A program made the translations under genes and the position numbers. From a phage: a stretch of DNA of 64,000 nucleotides. Location: sequence record PZ386978.1, one strand, 5' to 3'. The notes beneath the pieces are model-generated. The model did no database searches, was not told the DNA's origin, and was given only the letters and a program-made list of their open reading frames with translations. Shown here in pieces: positions 40,386-50,424 of the stretch (position 1 is the stretch's first letter; every line of letters starts with the position of its first letter).

Positions 40386-40898
40386 ATGAAGACTGTAGAC
40401 GCTACTTTTGAAGTTGTAAAAGAAAAATTCACTATTATTTATGAAGCGGTAAATTGCTACGAAGCAAGCCATAATCTTGATAATTGGAAGTTTACAGATG
40501 ACCATCAAGGCGGCGTGACTGTTAAAAATCCTAACTGTCAGCATAATGAATTTAAATATGCAATCCCTTTACATTACAGCCTTAAACAGCTTTCTAGTGA
40601 CTATGCAAAACAAGGCCGGGAAAATCCATCAAAAGAGGCTTACGCAAGCTTACAGAAAGAACTAGAAAGAGATTTAGAGGCTTCAGAGTACAACCTTGCC
40701 GCGAAAGTTGTCGATGCAAACGGTAACACGGTTTTAGAAAGTTTTTATCTTGGTTATGCTTTCGATTGGTGCTATCGTGACGGCGATGATTTAGAGGATA
40801 GACTAAAAGAAGAGGTGAACAATTCAGACGCAGAAACTGAAGTATTAGAACGTTTGGAATCGTTGAAAGACTCAGTGATGAATATCTTTAAGAACTAA
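40386..40898 (+). CDS. hypothetical protein (array ORF4)
   Basis: 170 aa; conserved leader upstream. Confidence 0.5.
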   Translation: MKTVDATFEVVKEKFTIIYEAVNCYEASHNLDNWKFTDDHQGGVTVKNPNCQHNEFKYAIPLHYSLKQLSSDYAKQGRENPSKEAYASLQKELERDLEASEYNLAAKVVDANGNTVLESFYLGYAFDWCYRDGDDLEDRLKEEVNNSDAETEVLERLESLKDSVMNIFKN

Positions 40899-40989
40899 AT
40901 AGATTTCTTTACACGGGGTTATCAAGCTGGTAGGATAGCCCCAGATAAAGAGATTTATCAAATAAAGCCCTTAAACTAGGAGATTCAAA

Positions 40990-41286
40990 ATGAAATTATC
41001 AAATAAAGTTCGTGAAAATCTAAGCAAGTTACTAAACAAAATTGATTTCATTGAAACATCAAGAAATAATCATGATGTTATGGAATGGTTGCACGGCAAA
41101 ATAAAAGGCCGTCGTGTAGTGATTTGCTTATGGAATAGCTGCAGGGAGTATAAAAAACCTGTATTGCAAGTCAATATTTATGATGACACCTTTAAAAGTC
41201 CTGTAAAGTCTAAAAGCGATTTATTAGAATCCTATGAGATAACTGTAAATGGTAAAGTGTCACGTAAAGAGGAAACACCATGCTGA
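40990..41286 (+). CDS. hypothetical protein (array ORF5)
   Basis: 98 aa; conserved leader upstream. Confidence 0.5.
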   Translation: MKLSNKVRENLSKLLNKIDFIETSRNNHDVMEWLHGKIKGRRVVICLWNSCREYKKPVLQVNIYDDTFKSPVKSKSDLLESYEITVNGKVSRKEETPC

Positions 41287-41612
41287 TGACTGGTATCACT
41301 GCAATCATTGCCATTTTCGCGCTCTATAAGGCATATAAAGCCTATAATCTAGCAAATAAGGCAATCACGCAGCAGGTTAGCAATAGCCTTGTAGAGAGCT
41401 TTCTAGAGCGCCTCAGTGATGAGCAAATAAAGCGGCTAGAGATGAGCTTCAGATATAAAGCGAAAACCTATCAGATAAGTGACATCTTCAAAGATGATTT
41501 TCAGTTAGTCGATGATTATAATTCACTGATAAATGCTTTAAATATCAGTGACTTAAAAGACTACTACGCTGTAATTGTTCAAGAATTGAGCAAACGAAAA
41601 CAAAGTGTTTGA
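41280..41612 (+). CDS. hypothetical membrane-anchored protein (array ORF6)
   Basis: Start overlaps the ORF5 stop (no repeat unit between); N-terminal hydrophobic helix. Confidence 0.45.
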   Translation: MLMTGITAIIAIFALYKAYKAYNLANKAITQQVSNSLVESFLERLSDEQIKRLEMSFRYKAKTYQISDIFKDDFQLVDDYNSLINALNISDLKDYYAVIVQELSKRKQSV

Positions 41613-41702
41613 CACTGGTTTTTAGATAGATTAAATTACACATCAACGGGGAGGTAATAACCTTCCCCACTAAATAAAGTCCTTAAACTAGGAGAGTCTA
41701 AA

Positions 41703-41975
41703 ATGTATACTACTAACAATGGTCGTACTTTAAATGTAACTTTACGTCACTATGTAGACGGTGTAATGCACTTTGAGGATTTACGGGCTGAACAACATAT
41801 CTTAGATTGGCAAGTAGCAGGACTCCAAAAAACTGCTACGGGATATGGTAAAAAGATTCCAACCAGTTGGAAAGTACACTACGAAGGACGTTTGCGCAGA
41901 ATTTATCAAGATGTATGTAGTAATAGCGCAGCAAGTTACATCATAGTAAAAGGTAAAAAACTGCACTTAGTATAA
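41703..41975 (+). CDS. hypothetical protein (array ORF7)
   Basis: 90 aa; type 2 leader upstream. Confidence 0.5.
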   Translation: MYTTNNGRTLNVTLRHYVDGVMHFEDLRAEQHILDWQVAGLQKTATGYGKKIPTSWKVHYEGRLRRIYQDVCSNSAASYIIVKGKKLHLV

Positions 41976-42060
41976 AGTGCTTTACATGGGGCTTAAAAGT
42001 CTGTAAAGTAAGCCCCAGATAAAGAGCTTTACCACTAAATCCTAAATTGGAGATTCTAAA

Positions 42061-42465
42061 ATGGCTATTAACAACCGTGAATTATCAATCTTAAAAGCAC
42101 GTTTGACCGTTAACCGGATTAATGTTATTACGTCATCAGCACCGGACGAAACATTACACAACATTATCGGGAAGATTCAAAGCGTTATCTTAGACGTTGA
42201 AAATGTAAAAAGCTCATTGGCTGACGTTGCAGCAGGTATCACGCTAGACGGTGCACAATATGAAATGGCTGACATGTTAGGCAAATCAAAGATAATGAAT
42301 AAAGAGCTTGATTTAAAAATGTTTCGATTTGCCGTGAAAGTGTGGCTATCCGTCGAGTATGACGCCAATTTTGCAATCGCTGATTTCTTTGCCACTTGGT
42401 TACAACGTAATTTGACAAATCACGATTTTCGTGATGTCTGTGATGCAATTTATGCAGAACTCTAA
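42061..42465 (+). CDS. hypothetical protein (array ORF8)
   Basis: 134 aa; type 1 leader upstream. Confidence 0.5.
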   Translation: MAINNRELSILKARLTVNRINVITSSAPDETLHNIIGKIQSVILDVENVKSSLADVAAGITLDGAQYEMADMLGKSKIMNKELDLKMFRFAVKVWLSVEYDANFAIADFFATWLQRNLTNHDFRDVCDAIYAEL

Positions 42466-42568
42466 AAATTTTATTGACACTGGTTTTTAGATAGATTAAA
42501 TTACACATCAACGGGGAGGTAATAACCTTCCCCACTAAATAAAGTCCTTAAACTAGGAGATTCTAAAA

Positions 42569-42772
42569 ATGGCTATTATTAATGGCTTAACCATTGAAAC
42601 TACACACATCAAAGATATTAAAGTTGGTGATATAGTCCTTTCCCACGGCGTAGAAAAAACTGTCACTGCAAAGGATATCAAAGAGGATTCTTTCATGGGT
42701 AGGACTCTCTTCGGTGATTCTTATTGCTTAGGTTATCTTGCAGTTTTAAAAGTTGTCAAAAATAACAAATAA
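42569..42772 (+). CDS. hypothetical protein (array ORF9)
   Basis: 67 aa; type 2 leader upstream. Confidence 0.5.
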   Translation: MAIINGLTIETTHIKDIKVGDIVLSHGVEKTVTAKDIKEDSFMGRTLFGDSYCLGYLAVLKVVKNNK

Positions 42773-42858
42773 AGTACTTTACAAGGGGCTTATAGTTCGA
42801 TAAAGTAAGCCCCAGATAAAGAGCTTTACCACTAAATCCTTAAACTAGGAGATTCAAA

Positions 42859-43425
42859 ATGAAATGCTATCACGGCACTACTCTGAAAAACTTTGTAAAC
42901 CTGCTTAAAGGTGGCGACAAGCCGGAAGGTATCTGGAACTGCTCTTACATGGATGATTGTTTTTACGTTTACCCGATGGATAAGATTATCAAGACGGAAT
43001 GCCTGGAAGATGAAGAAGCCTCTTACATCCGTGAACGCTGCATTCAAAACGCTTTAGAGTCGGGGCTTATTACGGCAGCTTTCCAAATGGAAACGCAGGA
43101 AGTGATTGTAATTGAGATGGATATCCCAGAGGAAGAACTTGAGGACGATTATTCTTGTGACAACATGAGCGAAATCGCCAGCTTTACCGGTTACTTTGAT
43201 AAAGATTGGATTATTGGTATTCACTCAACGAAATTTAGTGCAATGTATGCGCCATTCTTTGTACCTGATACAACTAACCTAAATTTGGGATATATTGACG
43301 ATGATTTGTTGAGTATTGCAAAAATTGTACAGAATAGCGGGGATACTTCTTCTTTGTTTTGTGACCTGCTGGATAAAATTACCGAGAATCTCACAGAGCG
43401 CAATCTAAGCGACTTTTTAGACTAA
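42859..43425 (+). CDS. hypothetical acidic protein (array ORF10)
   Basis: 188 aa; type 1 leader upstream. Confidence 0.5.
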   Translation: MKCYHGTTLKNFVNLLKGGDKPEGIWNCSYMDDCFYVYPMDKIIKTECLEDEEASYIRERCIQNALESGLITAAFQMETQEVIVIEMDIPEEELEDDYSCDNMSEIASFTGYFDKDWIIGIHSTKFSAMYAPFFVPDTTNLNLGYIDDDLLSIAKIVQNSGDTSSLFCDLLDKITENLTERNLSDFLD

Positions 43426-43488
43426 GCAGTACAAAGACACTAATTTCCAACTTAAGGCCCATACAGGGCCATTTAAAGGGCTTAAATC

Positions 43489-43722
43489 ATGCTTACAACC
43501 GTTTACCTTATCCTTTCTGTTTGTAATGGCCATTCATGTGACTTTAAAGGGCTTGAGGAGTTCACAGGAAGTAAAGAAAATACTATTCAAGTTTGCCAGA
43601 TAGCAAGACAAGACTACCCCGCCAGTGACGACATTCAATGCTACTTTAAGACAGAAGATGAAGACGGAATCTATTTTGACAGCGTTGACGGTCAATATGA
43701 AATTATCATAGAAAAAGATTAG
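43489..43722 (+). CDS. hypothetical protein (array ORF11)
   Basis: 77 aa; preceded by a different hairpin GGCCCATACAGGGCC. Confidence 0.45.
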   Translation: MLTTVYLILSVCNGHSCDFKGLEEFTGSKENTIQVCQIARQDYPASDDIQCYFKTEDEDGIYFDSVDGQYEIIIEKD

Positions 43723-43810
43723 ACAAGCCTGATAAAAGTCTGTAAATTGTCAATCAACGGGGGTAACAACCTCCCACTACATAAAACCCTTAAACTAGGA
43801 GATTCAAAAA

Positions 43811-44152
43811 ATGGCTTATGTAACTGTAATTACCAATAAACCGGATTCATCTTGGTCAACTCAAGTAAGCGACAAGATGTCACCTATGCAGTGCCTAAAA
43901 TACTTTGAGCAATGGAATAAAGGCGAGGATGTAAGCCCCTTTCAAATAATGCAGATTATTCATGTAGACAATGAAGGGAAGAAAACGACTCTGAACAGTG
44001 AGTACTATGCAAGCCGCTTCGAAACGAGAAGTAAAGCAATGAAGCTTCTACGTGAATCCGGTTATGCTCATATTGCCGCACTAATCTGGGATGACCTGCT
44101 AAAAAGTCAACGTATCAGCTATGTAAAGCCTGAAAAAATATTCATCAGTTAA
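43811..44152 (+). CDS. hypothetical protein (array ORF12)
   Basis: 113 aa; type 2 leader upstream. Confidence 0.5.
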   Translation: MAYVTVITNKPDSSWSTQVSDKMSPMQCLKYFEQWNKGEDVSPFQIMQIIHVDNEGKKTTLNSEYYASRFETRSKAMKLLRESGYAHIAALIWDDLLKSQRISYVKPEKIFIS

Positions 44153-44184
44153 TCAATAACTTACAAAAAACTTTTAAAAAAGTG

Positions 44185-44213
44185 TTGACAATACCCCTTG
44201 ACATTGGTAACTT
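44185..44213 (+). promoter_or_regulatory. possible internal sigma70-like promoter
   Basis: TTGACA at 44185-44190 (second TTGACA at 44198), 17 nt spacer, weak -10 TAACTT. Confidence 0.35.
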
Positions 44214-44371
44214 TGTTCGAGGGGGTTTATCTAAAAGGGATTCACTTAAAAGATTCTTTATAGATAAGCTTAAAAAATTGCTTGCAATCAGTTATCAAAA
44301 CAAGTAAATTACTAATCAACGGGAGGGATGACCTCCCCACTAAATAAAATCCTTAAACTAGGAGAGCCAAA

Positions 44372-44902
44372 ATGAACAAGTTTAAAGCTATCAACTTCAT
44401 TCGTTCAAATGCTGTAATGTCAAAACCTGTAAAAGACACATACGAATTTCGCTGCAATGGGGTACACTTTGCAACCATCACTAAGTCAGAAAACGGGGCT
44501 TATTACATTCATCGCCGTAATGTTTCTACTGTTGTAGTCTCTCACTTTATGCAAGCTGTAGCGGAATTATTACCATTATTCTTAGAGATTTATCTAGATG
44601 AGTGTAAAAACGTTCGTAACCACGTTAAAAACCTTTTAAACGGTTATAAAATGGCTTATGAACGTTCTATCAAGTCCTTAAACAAGTTCTATAAAGCCCC
44701 TATGAATACCGTTTCAATGGCTTACAGTGTAAGCGGTGAGTTGGTTAGCCTCTTCGAAGTGGAAGAAATAGAACTGCATGACTTGCGCCCTAGTGGTTAC
44801 TCTAAGACACTGGGAGAAGGCTTATCTTTCAATATCAAGAACTTAGAAAAAACTTTAAAAGATATTGAAAAAGATATTGACGAAACAATCAAAAGTCTGT
44901 AA
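44372..44902 (+). CDS. hypothetical protein (array ORF13)
   Basis: 176 aa; type 2 leader upstream. Confidence 0.5.
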   Translation: MNKFKAINFIRSNAVMSKPVKDTYEFRCNGVHFATITKSENGAYYIHRRNVSTVVVSHFMQAVAELLPLFLEIYLDECKNVRNHVKNLLNGYKMAYERSIKSLNKFYKAPMNTVSMAYSVSGELVSLFEVEEIELHDLRPSGYSKTLGEGLSFNIKNLEKTLKDIEKDIDETIKSL

Positions 44903-44968
44903 ATTGTTAATCAACGGGGAGGGAATGAACTTCCCCACTAAGTAAAGTCCTAAACTGGAGTTATCAAG

Positions 44969-45232
44969 ATGGAAAACGTAGAGTTAACCACACTTTTACA
45001 AATCGCAACCGACAAAGAAAACGTAGCATTATTACACCGCATTGAAAGCGATTTGTTCAATGGTGAAATCATCAAAGAGTCTTATGAAGTTGTTGGATTC
45101 AAAGATGGTAAAGCATTTGGATTCTTTGACCTCGACAAAGGCAACGCGGTTACAAAATATGATGTTTTATCTTGTGAGATTCTTACAAAATACAACGAAA
45201 AAAGGCTTGCAACTTACGACAACATGCAGTAA
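44969..45232 (+). CDS. hypothetical protein (array ORF14)
   Basis: 87 aa; type 2 leader upstream. Confidence 0.5.
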   Translation: MENVELTTLLQIATDKENVALLHRIESDLFNGEIIKESYEVVGFKDGKAFGFFDLDKGNAVTKYDVLSCEILTKYNEKRLATYDNMQ

Positions 45233-45311
45233 ATTACTAATCAACGGGGAGGGAATGAACTTCCCCACTAAACAAAACCCTTAATCAACTTCCTAAACTG
45301 GAGATTCTAAA

Positions 45312-45560
45312 ATGGCTACTATCCGCGCAACTGTTAACGAATTCGGCTTCTACTCTCTGGACGTTAAATTTGACCTTGTAGGTACTGATAACGCCTTTGA
45401 AATGGTGAAAGGCCTTATCATCCAGACCATCAGCGATTACAACCCCTCTGATGAATTCTGGAAAGAAACAAAAGAGGAAGTTCTCAAAGAGGGTTACACT
45501 TATCACTATTGGGGTGAAAAAATTGTATCCCTGTACTACGACAAAAAAGGCACTAACTAA
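45312..45560 (+). CDS. hypothetical protein (array ORF15)
   Basis: 82 aa; leader CCTAAACTGGAGATTCTAAAATG upstream; last gene of the plus-strand block. Confidence 0.5.
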   Translation: MATIRATVNEFGFYSLDVKFDLVGTDNAFEMVKGLIIQTISDYNPSDEFWKETKEEVLKEGYTYHYWGEKIVSLYYDKKGTN

Positions 45561-45598
45561 ACGCCGCAACGGGGCTAAATAGCCCCAGATACCTTTAC

Positions 45599-45620
45599 AG
45601 CCCCTTAAATGGGGCTTTTT
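45599..45620 (+). terminator. intrinsic terminator closing the plus-strand block
   Basis: GCCCCTTAAATGGGGC followed by TTTTTT. Confidence 0.6.
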
Positions 45621-47298
45621 TACGTCTATCAAATTCCTTTCCAGAATCTTAAAACCCACCTAACAAGTCAGAACTTTACCAGACCTTAAAAAGCAATAAC
45701 TCTATAGTCTACTCTATAGCCTTTTATCAAATCAACTGATTGGCATTGTTACCAATCCCTTAAATATAAGCCCATAACCCGAAAGGGAAGGGCAACCACT
45801 AAAATGCTCTATAAAGCTCTATAACAGCCTTATCAACCTAACTTAAGCAATCATATTAACCCACTCTAAAAAGCCCTTCCTAGAGCTTCCCAGAGCCTTA
45901 AAAGAATCTTATAAGGGGTGTAAGCTTTATCATCTCGTTAGTATTCTTGTGAACTACTATAAAGGGCTATGAGATAGGACTCTATGAGGGTAATTCATTA
46001 CCTGAATCACTATCGAATCCTATTGTTATTGTCTTAAAAGTATGTTATAGGGGCTTAAAAGTAGCTTAAAAGTTACGTAAAAGAGGCTATAAAGTTACGT
46101 AAATGCTAGCCCCCTTAACATTTTCTTAACAATTTCTTAACAAACCCTACATAGTTATGCTTGTTAGAGACTTGTTAGCCCCTTGTTAAATCTCTGTTAA
46201 GACCACGTAAAAGCCTTGTAAGAGTCTTTGGCATAGCCTTAAAAGCCACTGTAAAGCCCTATAAAGAGCTATCCATACAGTTGAGGGGTAAATACTAGGA
46301 AGATGCTTAAAAGAGCCTATAAAGAGTTATAGAGAGCTTTTAAGAGGTATGTTTAAGGAATCACTAAGAAAGGAAAGGGAACGATAAGAAAAGAGTAGTG
46401 ACCATGTTAATAGCTTGTTAAAAAGATTAAGCACTTGTTAGGAACTTGTTAATTATCTTAACAAAATAACTCTTTAAAATTAACTTGTTAGCTCTTGTTA
46501 GCCATCTGTTAAGCATCTGTAAAGACTATTCAGCACTTGTTAAGAATCTGTTACAACCTTGTTAGTTCTGTTAAGAAACTGTTAAGACCTTTGAAGAGAT
46601 GTTAAGAAGATGTTATGACTGTTAAGAGATTGTTAAGGATATTTTAAAATTTTGCAAAGGGGGTGTTAAGGGGCTGTTAAGGGCTACCAAGCAGATATAC
46701 ATCCTAATCAGATATTTTCAGTTCCTTCAAAGACCCTAAAAAATGACTTGATAGTCCTATTTTATAAAAATTTTAAAATTCTGGATAATTACCTAGACAG
46801 TCTTTTAAAATACAGGCAGAAACAGGCTTATAAGATACCTTGTTAGTACCGTGTTAGACCTTGTGAGATAAGGTCTGTAAAGATATTCCTGTTAAGTTTG
46901 TTAAAACAGTCTATATAGAGGCTTAGTAATACCTAGTGAACACCTATAGAGGGTATCATAGCTGACATAGAGATTAAGAGGTGTATAGGGGCTTCTAAGA
47001 GTGTGTAGAGAGATGGTTAAGGTGATTGTATAGGCTGTTAAGAAGGCTTGTTAGAAGAGTGTTTAGAAGGTTTGTTAGAGGGCTAGTTAGAAGGGTTATA
47101 CAGAGGGGCTATTAAGACCACTAGATAATTACTAAGATACTATATAGTACTATATAACTATATAGAGAGTAAGATTAAGAAGGTTGTTAAGAAGGGTAGA
47201 TATTTTATTCACATATGATGGTGACCCAGAGGTTGGGACAACCGATAAAATTTTATAAAAATTAAAAAGCCCCCAATTAAGGAGGCTCTTAAGATATT
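45621..47298. repeat. 1.7 kb ORF-free region densely populated with short YTGTTAR / CTATAAAG-type repeats
   Basis: No ORF of 60 aa or more on either strand in the supplied track; ~18 YTGTTAR copies at 46380-46680, more at 46130-46215 (both orientations) and 47030-47200; lies between convergent gene blocks. Confidence 0.65.
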
Positions 47299-47904
47299 TT
47301 AAATCAGTGTTTCCAGAACTGTTTTTAATGATGACTTGGTTGTCTGATAAAAATGAGTGAATCCGTTGTTGTTATCAAATATCTGCATCATAACAGCATC
47401 TCCCTTGATTGGGTACACTCGGATATCATAGTGAAACCCATTAAAGACAGCAGAACCGTTACAGAACACACTAAAATCATCCACTGAGATATACTCTTCA
47501 TGCCCTGTGATTTTTATACAGACACCTTTGCTCGGTCTCTTAGGGTTGATATCTTCCATCACAGACATATTCTGTCCACCAAGAGATACCATAGTGACCA
47601 CTTTACGGTTCTTCTGTTTAAAGTACATTTTAACTTTCTGTAAAGTGTCTTCATAGAACGGATAAGACTTCTCTACAAAGATTCCTTCTAATGGCTCTTT
47701 ACCATTTTCAACTTCTCTGTTATGCCGTACTGCAAAGATAATTTGTTCGAACCAGTCAAGATTTTCTTCGGAGAGTGCTTCTCGAACATCACTCCAGTCA
47801 AGTACTAGGTAGTTACCTTCAACTTCTTTTAAGTTATCTTTTTCCATAGCTGTCACACCATTATCGTAAAACTTGGTAGTCTGGTACTGCAAACTTGTTG
47901 TCAT
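47299..47904 (-). CDS. hypothetical protein
   Basis: 201 aa; first (3'-most) gene of minus-strand block. Confidence 0.5.
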   Translation of the reverse strand: MTTSLQYQTTKFYDNGVTAMEKDNLKEVEGNYLVLDWSDVREALSEENLDWFEQIIFAVRHNREVENGKEPLEGIFVEKSYPFYEDTLQKVKMYFKQKNRKVVTMVSLGGQNMSVMEDINPKRPSKGVCIKITGHEEYISVDDFSVFCNGSAVFNGFHYDIRVYPIKGDAVMMQIFDNNNGFTHFYQTTKSSLKTVLETLI

Positions 47905-48325
47905 TGTTTTTAATGAGGTCTTCTTCTGTTACTAAGAATGTAAGACCACACAAGTGTGTATAGCGGCTATCATACTCAAATATTTTAAGTAAGTATTTAC
48001 CATCATGATAGACAGATTCTACTACACCTTTTGCAACAATCTTTCCAGTCTTGAAGTCTTTAAGACGGTATACATTACCAACTTTAGGGACTGTTTTCAC
48101 TTCAGGTTCTTTTAGCTTCTCACCAGCTTCTACATCCCCTAGTAAGTGAGAACTTTCAAACGCTACATATTGCATATAAGCTTCTGAGCATTCCCAGATA
48201 AAACAGTGTACAAGAACCTTAGCAGCATGTCTTGAGCAATTCAACTTATCACAAATCTCTTTGTACATTTCATCTTTAGTTGAGTTGTCAAGCATTGCTT
48301 TTTGGACTACTTCTTTAATTTTCAT
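47861..48325 (-). CDS. hypothetical protein
   Basis: 154 aa ORF. Confidence 0.45.
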   Translation of the reverse strand: MKIKEVVQKAMLDNSTKDEMYKEICDKLNCSRHAAKVLVHCFIWECSEAYMQYVAFESSHLLGDVEAGEKLKEPEVKTVPKVGNVYRLKDFKTGKIVAKGVVESVYHDGKYLLKIFEYDSRYTHLCGLTFLVTEEDLIKNNDNKFAVPDYQVLR

Positions 48326-48737
48326 AAGCTCTCCGAATAACCCTATTAAGCGTCTCTAAAGTCAGCTTTCCAGATTCTAAATGTGGCATAACAAGCTTTA
48401 AAGCTTTTTCAACATCATGCACAACATCTATTATACCTTCTGCATAGGCTTCCACAAGGATATCTTTTACACCAATATAGCTTTCATTGATGAGGACTTG
48501 CATATCAAAATCTTTTGGATTCCGGTTTAATTTACCTCTCCAATACCCATCTACATTAAAAGATATGACTTCACACTCATGAAAGTCTACACCATCTGCA
48601 CTAAATGGGTTAAGTATTGTGCATTGGATTGGATATTCTACACCAGTGGTGTCAACATCAAAGACTTTCACAGAAGTGAGTGGTTTCTTTGTTTTAGAGC
48701 AGTAAACTGTCAATCTTTTACCAATAAGCTCTTTCAT
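48315..48737 (-). CDS. hypothetical protein
   Basis: 140 aa ORF. Confidence 0.45.
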   Translation of the reverse strand: MKELIGKRLTVYCSKTKKPLTSVKVFDVDTTGVEYPIQCTILNPFSADGVDFHECEVISFNVDGYWRGKLNRNPKDFDMQVLINESYIGVKDILVEAYAEGIIDVVHDVEKALKLVMPHLESGKLTLETLNRVIRRAYEN

Positions 48738-48793
48738 TTCGCTACCTTCTAAGTTTCTACAAAGGGGCTATCAAGTAACCCCTAAGTTATTAC

Positions 48794-49015
48794 TCAGACT
48801 TTTTCAGTCTTCTTATCGGATTTCTTACTAGTCTTCTTCTCAGCTTTCTGTTCAGGCTCCTTCTCAGGAGTTGCCTTGATAACCATATCAAGAAGCTCTG
48901 ATAAGTCACTCTTCAGCAAAGTAACAGGCTGCTCGTTGTAGAAGTTTTTGTCAAGATAAACTTTAAACTCTTCTATAGAAGGAAATCCAAAAATTGGTAC
49001 AGGTGTCTTAATCAT
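48794..49015 (-). CDS. hypothetical protein with lysine-rich C-terminus
   Basis: 73 aa ORF. Confidence 0.4.
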   Translation of the reverse strand: MIKTPVPIFGFPSIEEFKVYLDKNFYNEQPVTLLKSDLSELLDMVIKATPEKEPEQKAEKKTSKKSDKKTEKV

Positions 49016-49091
49016 TACTTAGTCTCTCCATAGGCATCTTTTAAGATTGCCTTGTTAATCATTTCAGCGATTGCAAAACGAACACATACAG

Positions 49092-49625
49092 CTATAATTG
49101 TAGGTTGCATTCTTTACTTACCTCTTCAAGTTTAACCTCAGAATCCTTAAGTCGTTTCTTATGAACTCTGAATCTTATTAGTGAGATGATGATACCAGCT
49201 AAAGGGACAGCATACAAGTACCAGATATCATGTAGCTTTGCAGTAATCTGTGTAATGGTTAAATCTTGAGCTATGTAGCTGATTGCTGATACTGCCAGTA
49301 ACGTTGCTAAGAAGAACGCCAGTACCATAACAATACTTAGGCAACCTCTGGCATGGTGTTCATGCTTAATGCACTTATTCTTTTCGTCAACAACTCTGTT
49401 GTAGTCATTTGCAAAGTCTCTGTAGAAAGCTTTCAGGTATTCTTGAGTGTAGCCTTCAAAGCAACCTGTGCCATACCAATAATCACCACCAAAATGTGCT
49501 ATGATACCGGTATCTCCATTTGGTTTCGTCACTCTTAAAGAAGTGTGATGGCGAGTATCCTGAAAATCTATCTTGTATCTTTCTTCGTAAATCATTTTCC
49601 AACCCCTCTCAATCGTTTGTTCCAT
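49092..49625 (-). CDS. hypothetical membrane protein
   Basis: 177 aa with two C-terminal hydrophobic helices. Confidence 0.45.
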   Translation of the reverse strand: MEQTIERGWKMIYEERYKIDFQDTRHHTSLRVTKPNGDTGIIAHFGGDYWYGTGCFEGYTQEYLKAFYRDFANDYNRVVDEKNKCIKHEHHARGCLSIVMVLAFFLATLLAVSAISYIAQDLTITQITAKLHDIWYLYAVPLAGIIISLIRFRVHKKRLKDSEVKLEEVSKECNLQL

Positions 49626-49810
49626 TCAAGGTCAACAAGTCTTTGCAGGACTTTCCCTCTAGGTGTTACACCTTTTAAATCTGCATCATAGCAACGGTAA
49701 AAGTCACCTTCAGCGTGTTTACCATAGCATTTTCTGATATTCTGGCTTCTACGATACTGTTCTAACAGGGAAAGTTTGTAGTAATCTTCAACTGTAGTTA
49801 ACTTTTTCAT
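49592..49810 (-). CDS. hypothetical protein
   Basis: 72 aa ORF. Confidence 0.35.
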   Translation of the reverse strand: MKKLTTVEDYYKLSLLEQYRRSQNIRKCYGKHAEGDFYRCYDADLKGVTPRGKVLQRLVDLEWNKRLRGVGK

Positions 49811-50352
49811 TCTTTCACCATAGCATTTCTGAACTGGCGTTGTGTTTCTCTTGTAATTTCGTTTGGAGTAAACCCTGCTTTTAGCATATCTCTGAAAAGA
49901 GCTTCTAAGTGGTTCCTCTCAATGATGTAAATGGCATTCTGAATAGCTGTTTTATGCTCCTTCAAGTCACTGCTCATCTCTTCACACTTACTGGTAAGCT
50001 CTGTATCAACTCTCTTAAAGGGTGGTATAATATGTGTATGACCACCTTTAGCAGCATCCATGAAAAATTTAAAAGATTCTTCAGAGTCCTTTAAAGCAAT
50101 TCCTATAAAGTTTTTGTAAGCACCTGTGAAAGATAAGGAATCAATCTCAGCAGTTGAGTATACAGTCCCTGCACACAGTCTTGCAGAAGTACTAAATGTG
50201 TGGTTTGGTGTTGTGTCAAAGTCTAAGTTCTTCAGTGGTCGGAAATAAACTGTACCATTTTGTGAGATGTGTGTTACAACAGCCTCAACACTCTTTGAAG
50301 GGTTCTGCTTAACATACAAAATAATTTTATCGTGCTCTTTCACTTTAGCCAT
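49807..50352 (-). CDS. hypothetical protein
   Basis: 181 aa ORF. Confidence 0.45.
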   Translation of the reverse strand: MAKVKEHDKIILYVKQNPSKSVEAVVTHISQNGTVYFRPLKNLDFDTTPNHTFSTSARLCAGTVYSTAEIDSLSFTGAYKNFIGIALKDSEESFKFFMDAAKGGHTHIIPPFKRVDTELTSKCEEMSSDLKEHKTAIQNAIYIIERNHLEALFRDMLKAGFTPNEITRETQRQFRNAMVKE

Positions 50353-50424
50353 ATCTACTCTCCAGAAACTAAAAAGGGAACTACCTCTCGATAGCTCCCA
50401 TCATAATCAGTTTTGTATAATCGG

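Larger units (their letters stand above)
39449..45311 (+). repeat. family of ~12 conserved intergenic units (GC hairpin plus conserved leader/SD) between the array genes
   Basis: Type 1 (ACAGGGGGCTTA...TAAGCCCCAGATAAAGAGCTTTACCACTAAATCCTAAACTGGAGATTCTAAAATG) at 39449-39538, 39920-40007, 40299-40385, 40899-40989, 41976-42060, 42773-42858; type 2 (TCAACGGGGAGG...CCTCCCCACTAAATAAAGTCCTTAAACTAGGAGATTCTAAAATG) at 41613-41702, 42466-42568, 43723-43810, 44280-44371, 44903-44968, 45233-45311. Confidence 0.7.

Noticed and set aside
39449-45311. Possibility that the regularly repeated units form a CRISPR array
   Set aside because: Repeats are ~85-100 bp and imperfect, and the intervening segments are 200-570 bp ORFs with start codons and SD sequences, not 30-40 bp spacers
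46380-46680. Possibility that the dense YTGTTAR repeats are a CRISPR array or tandem satellite
   Set aside because: Motifs are only 7-8 bp, occur in both orientations and have irregular spacing; no repeat-spacer periodicity
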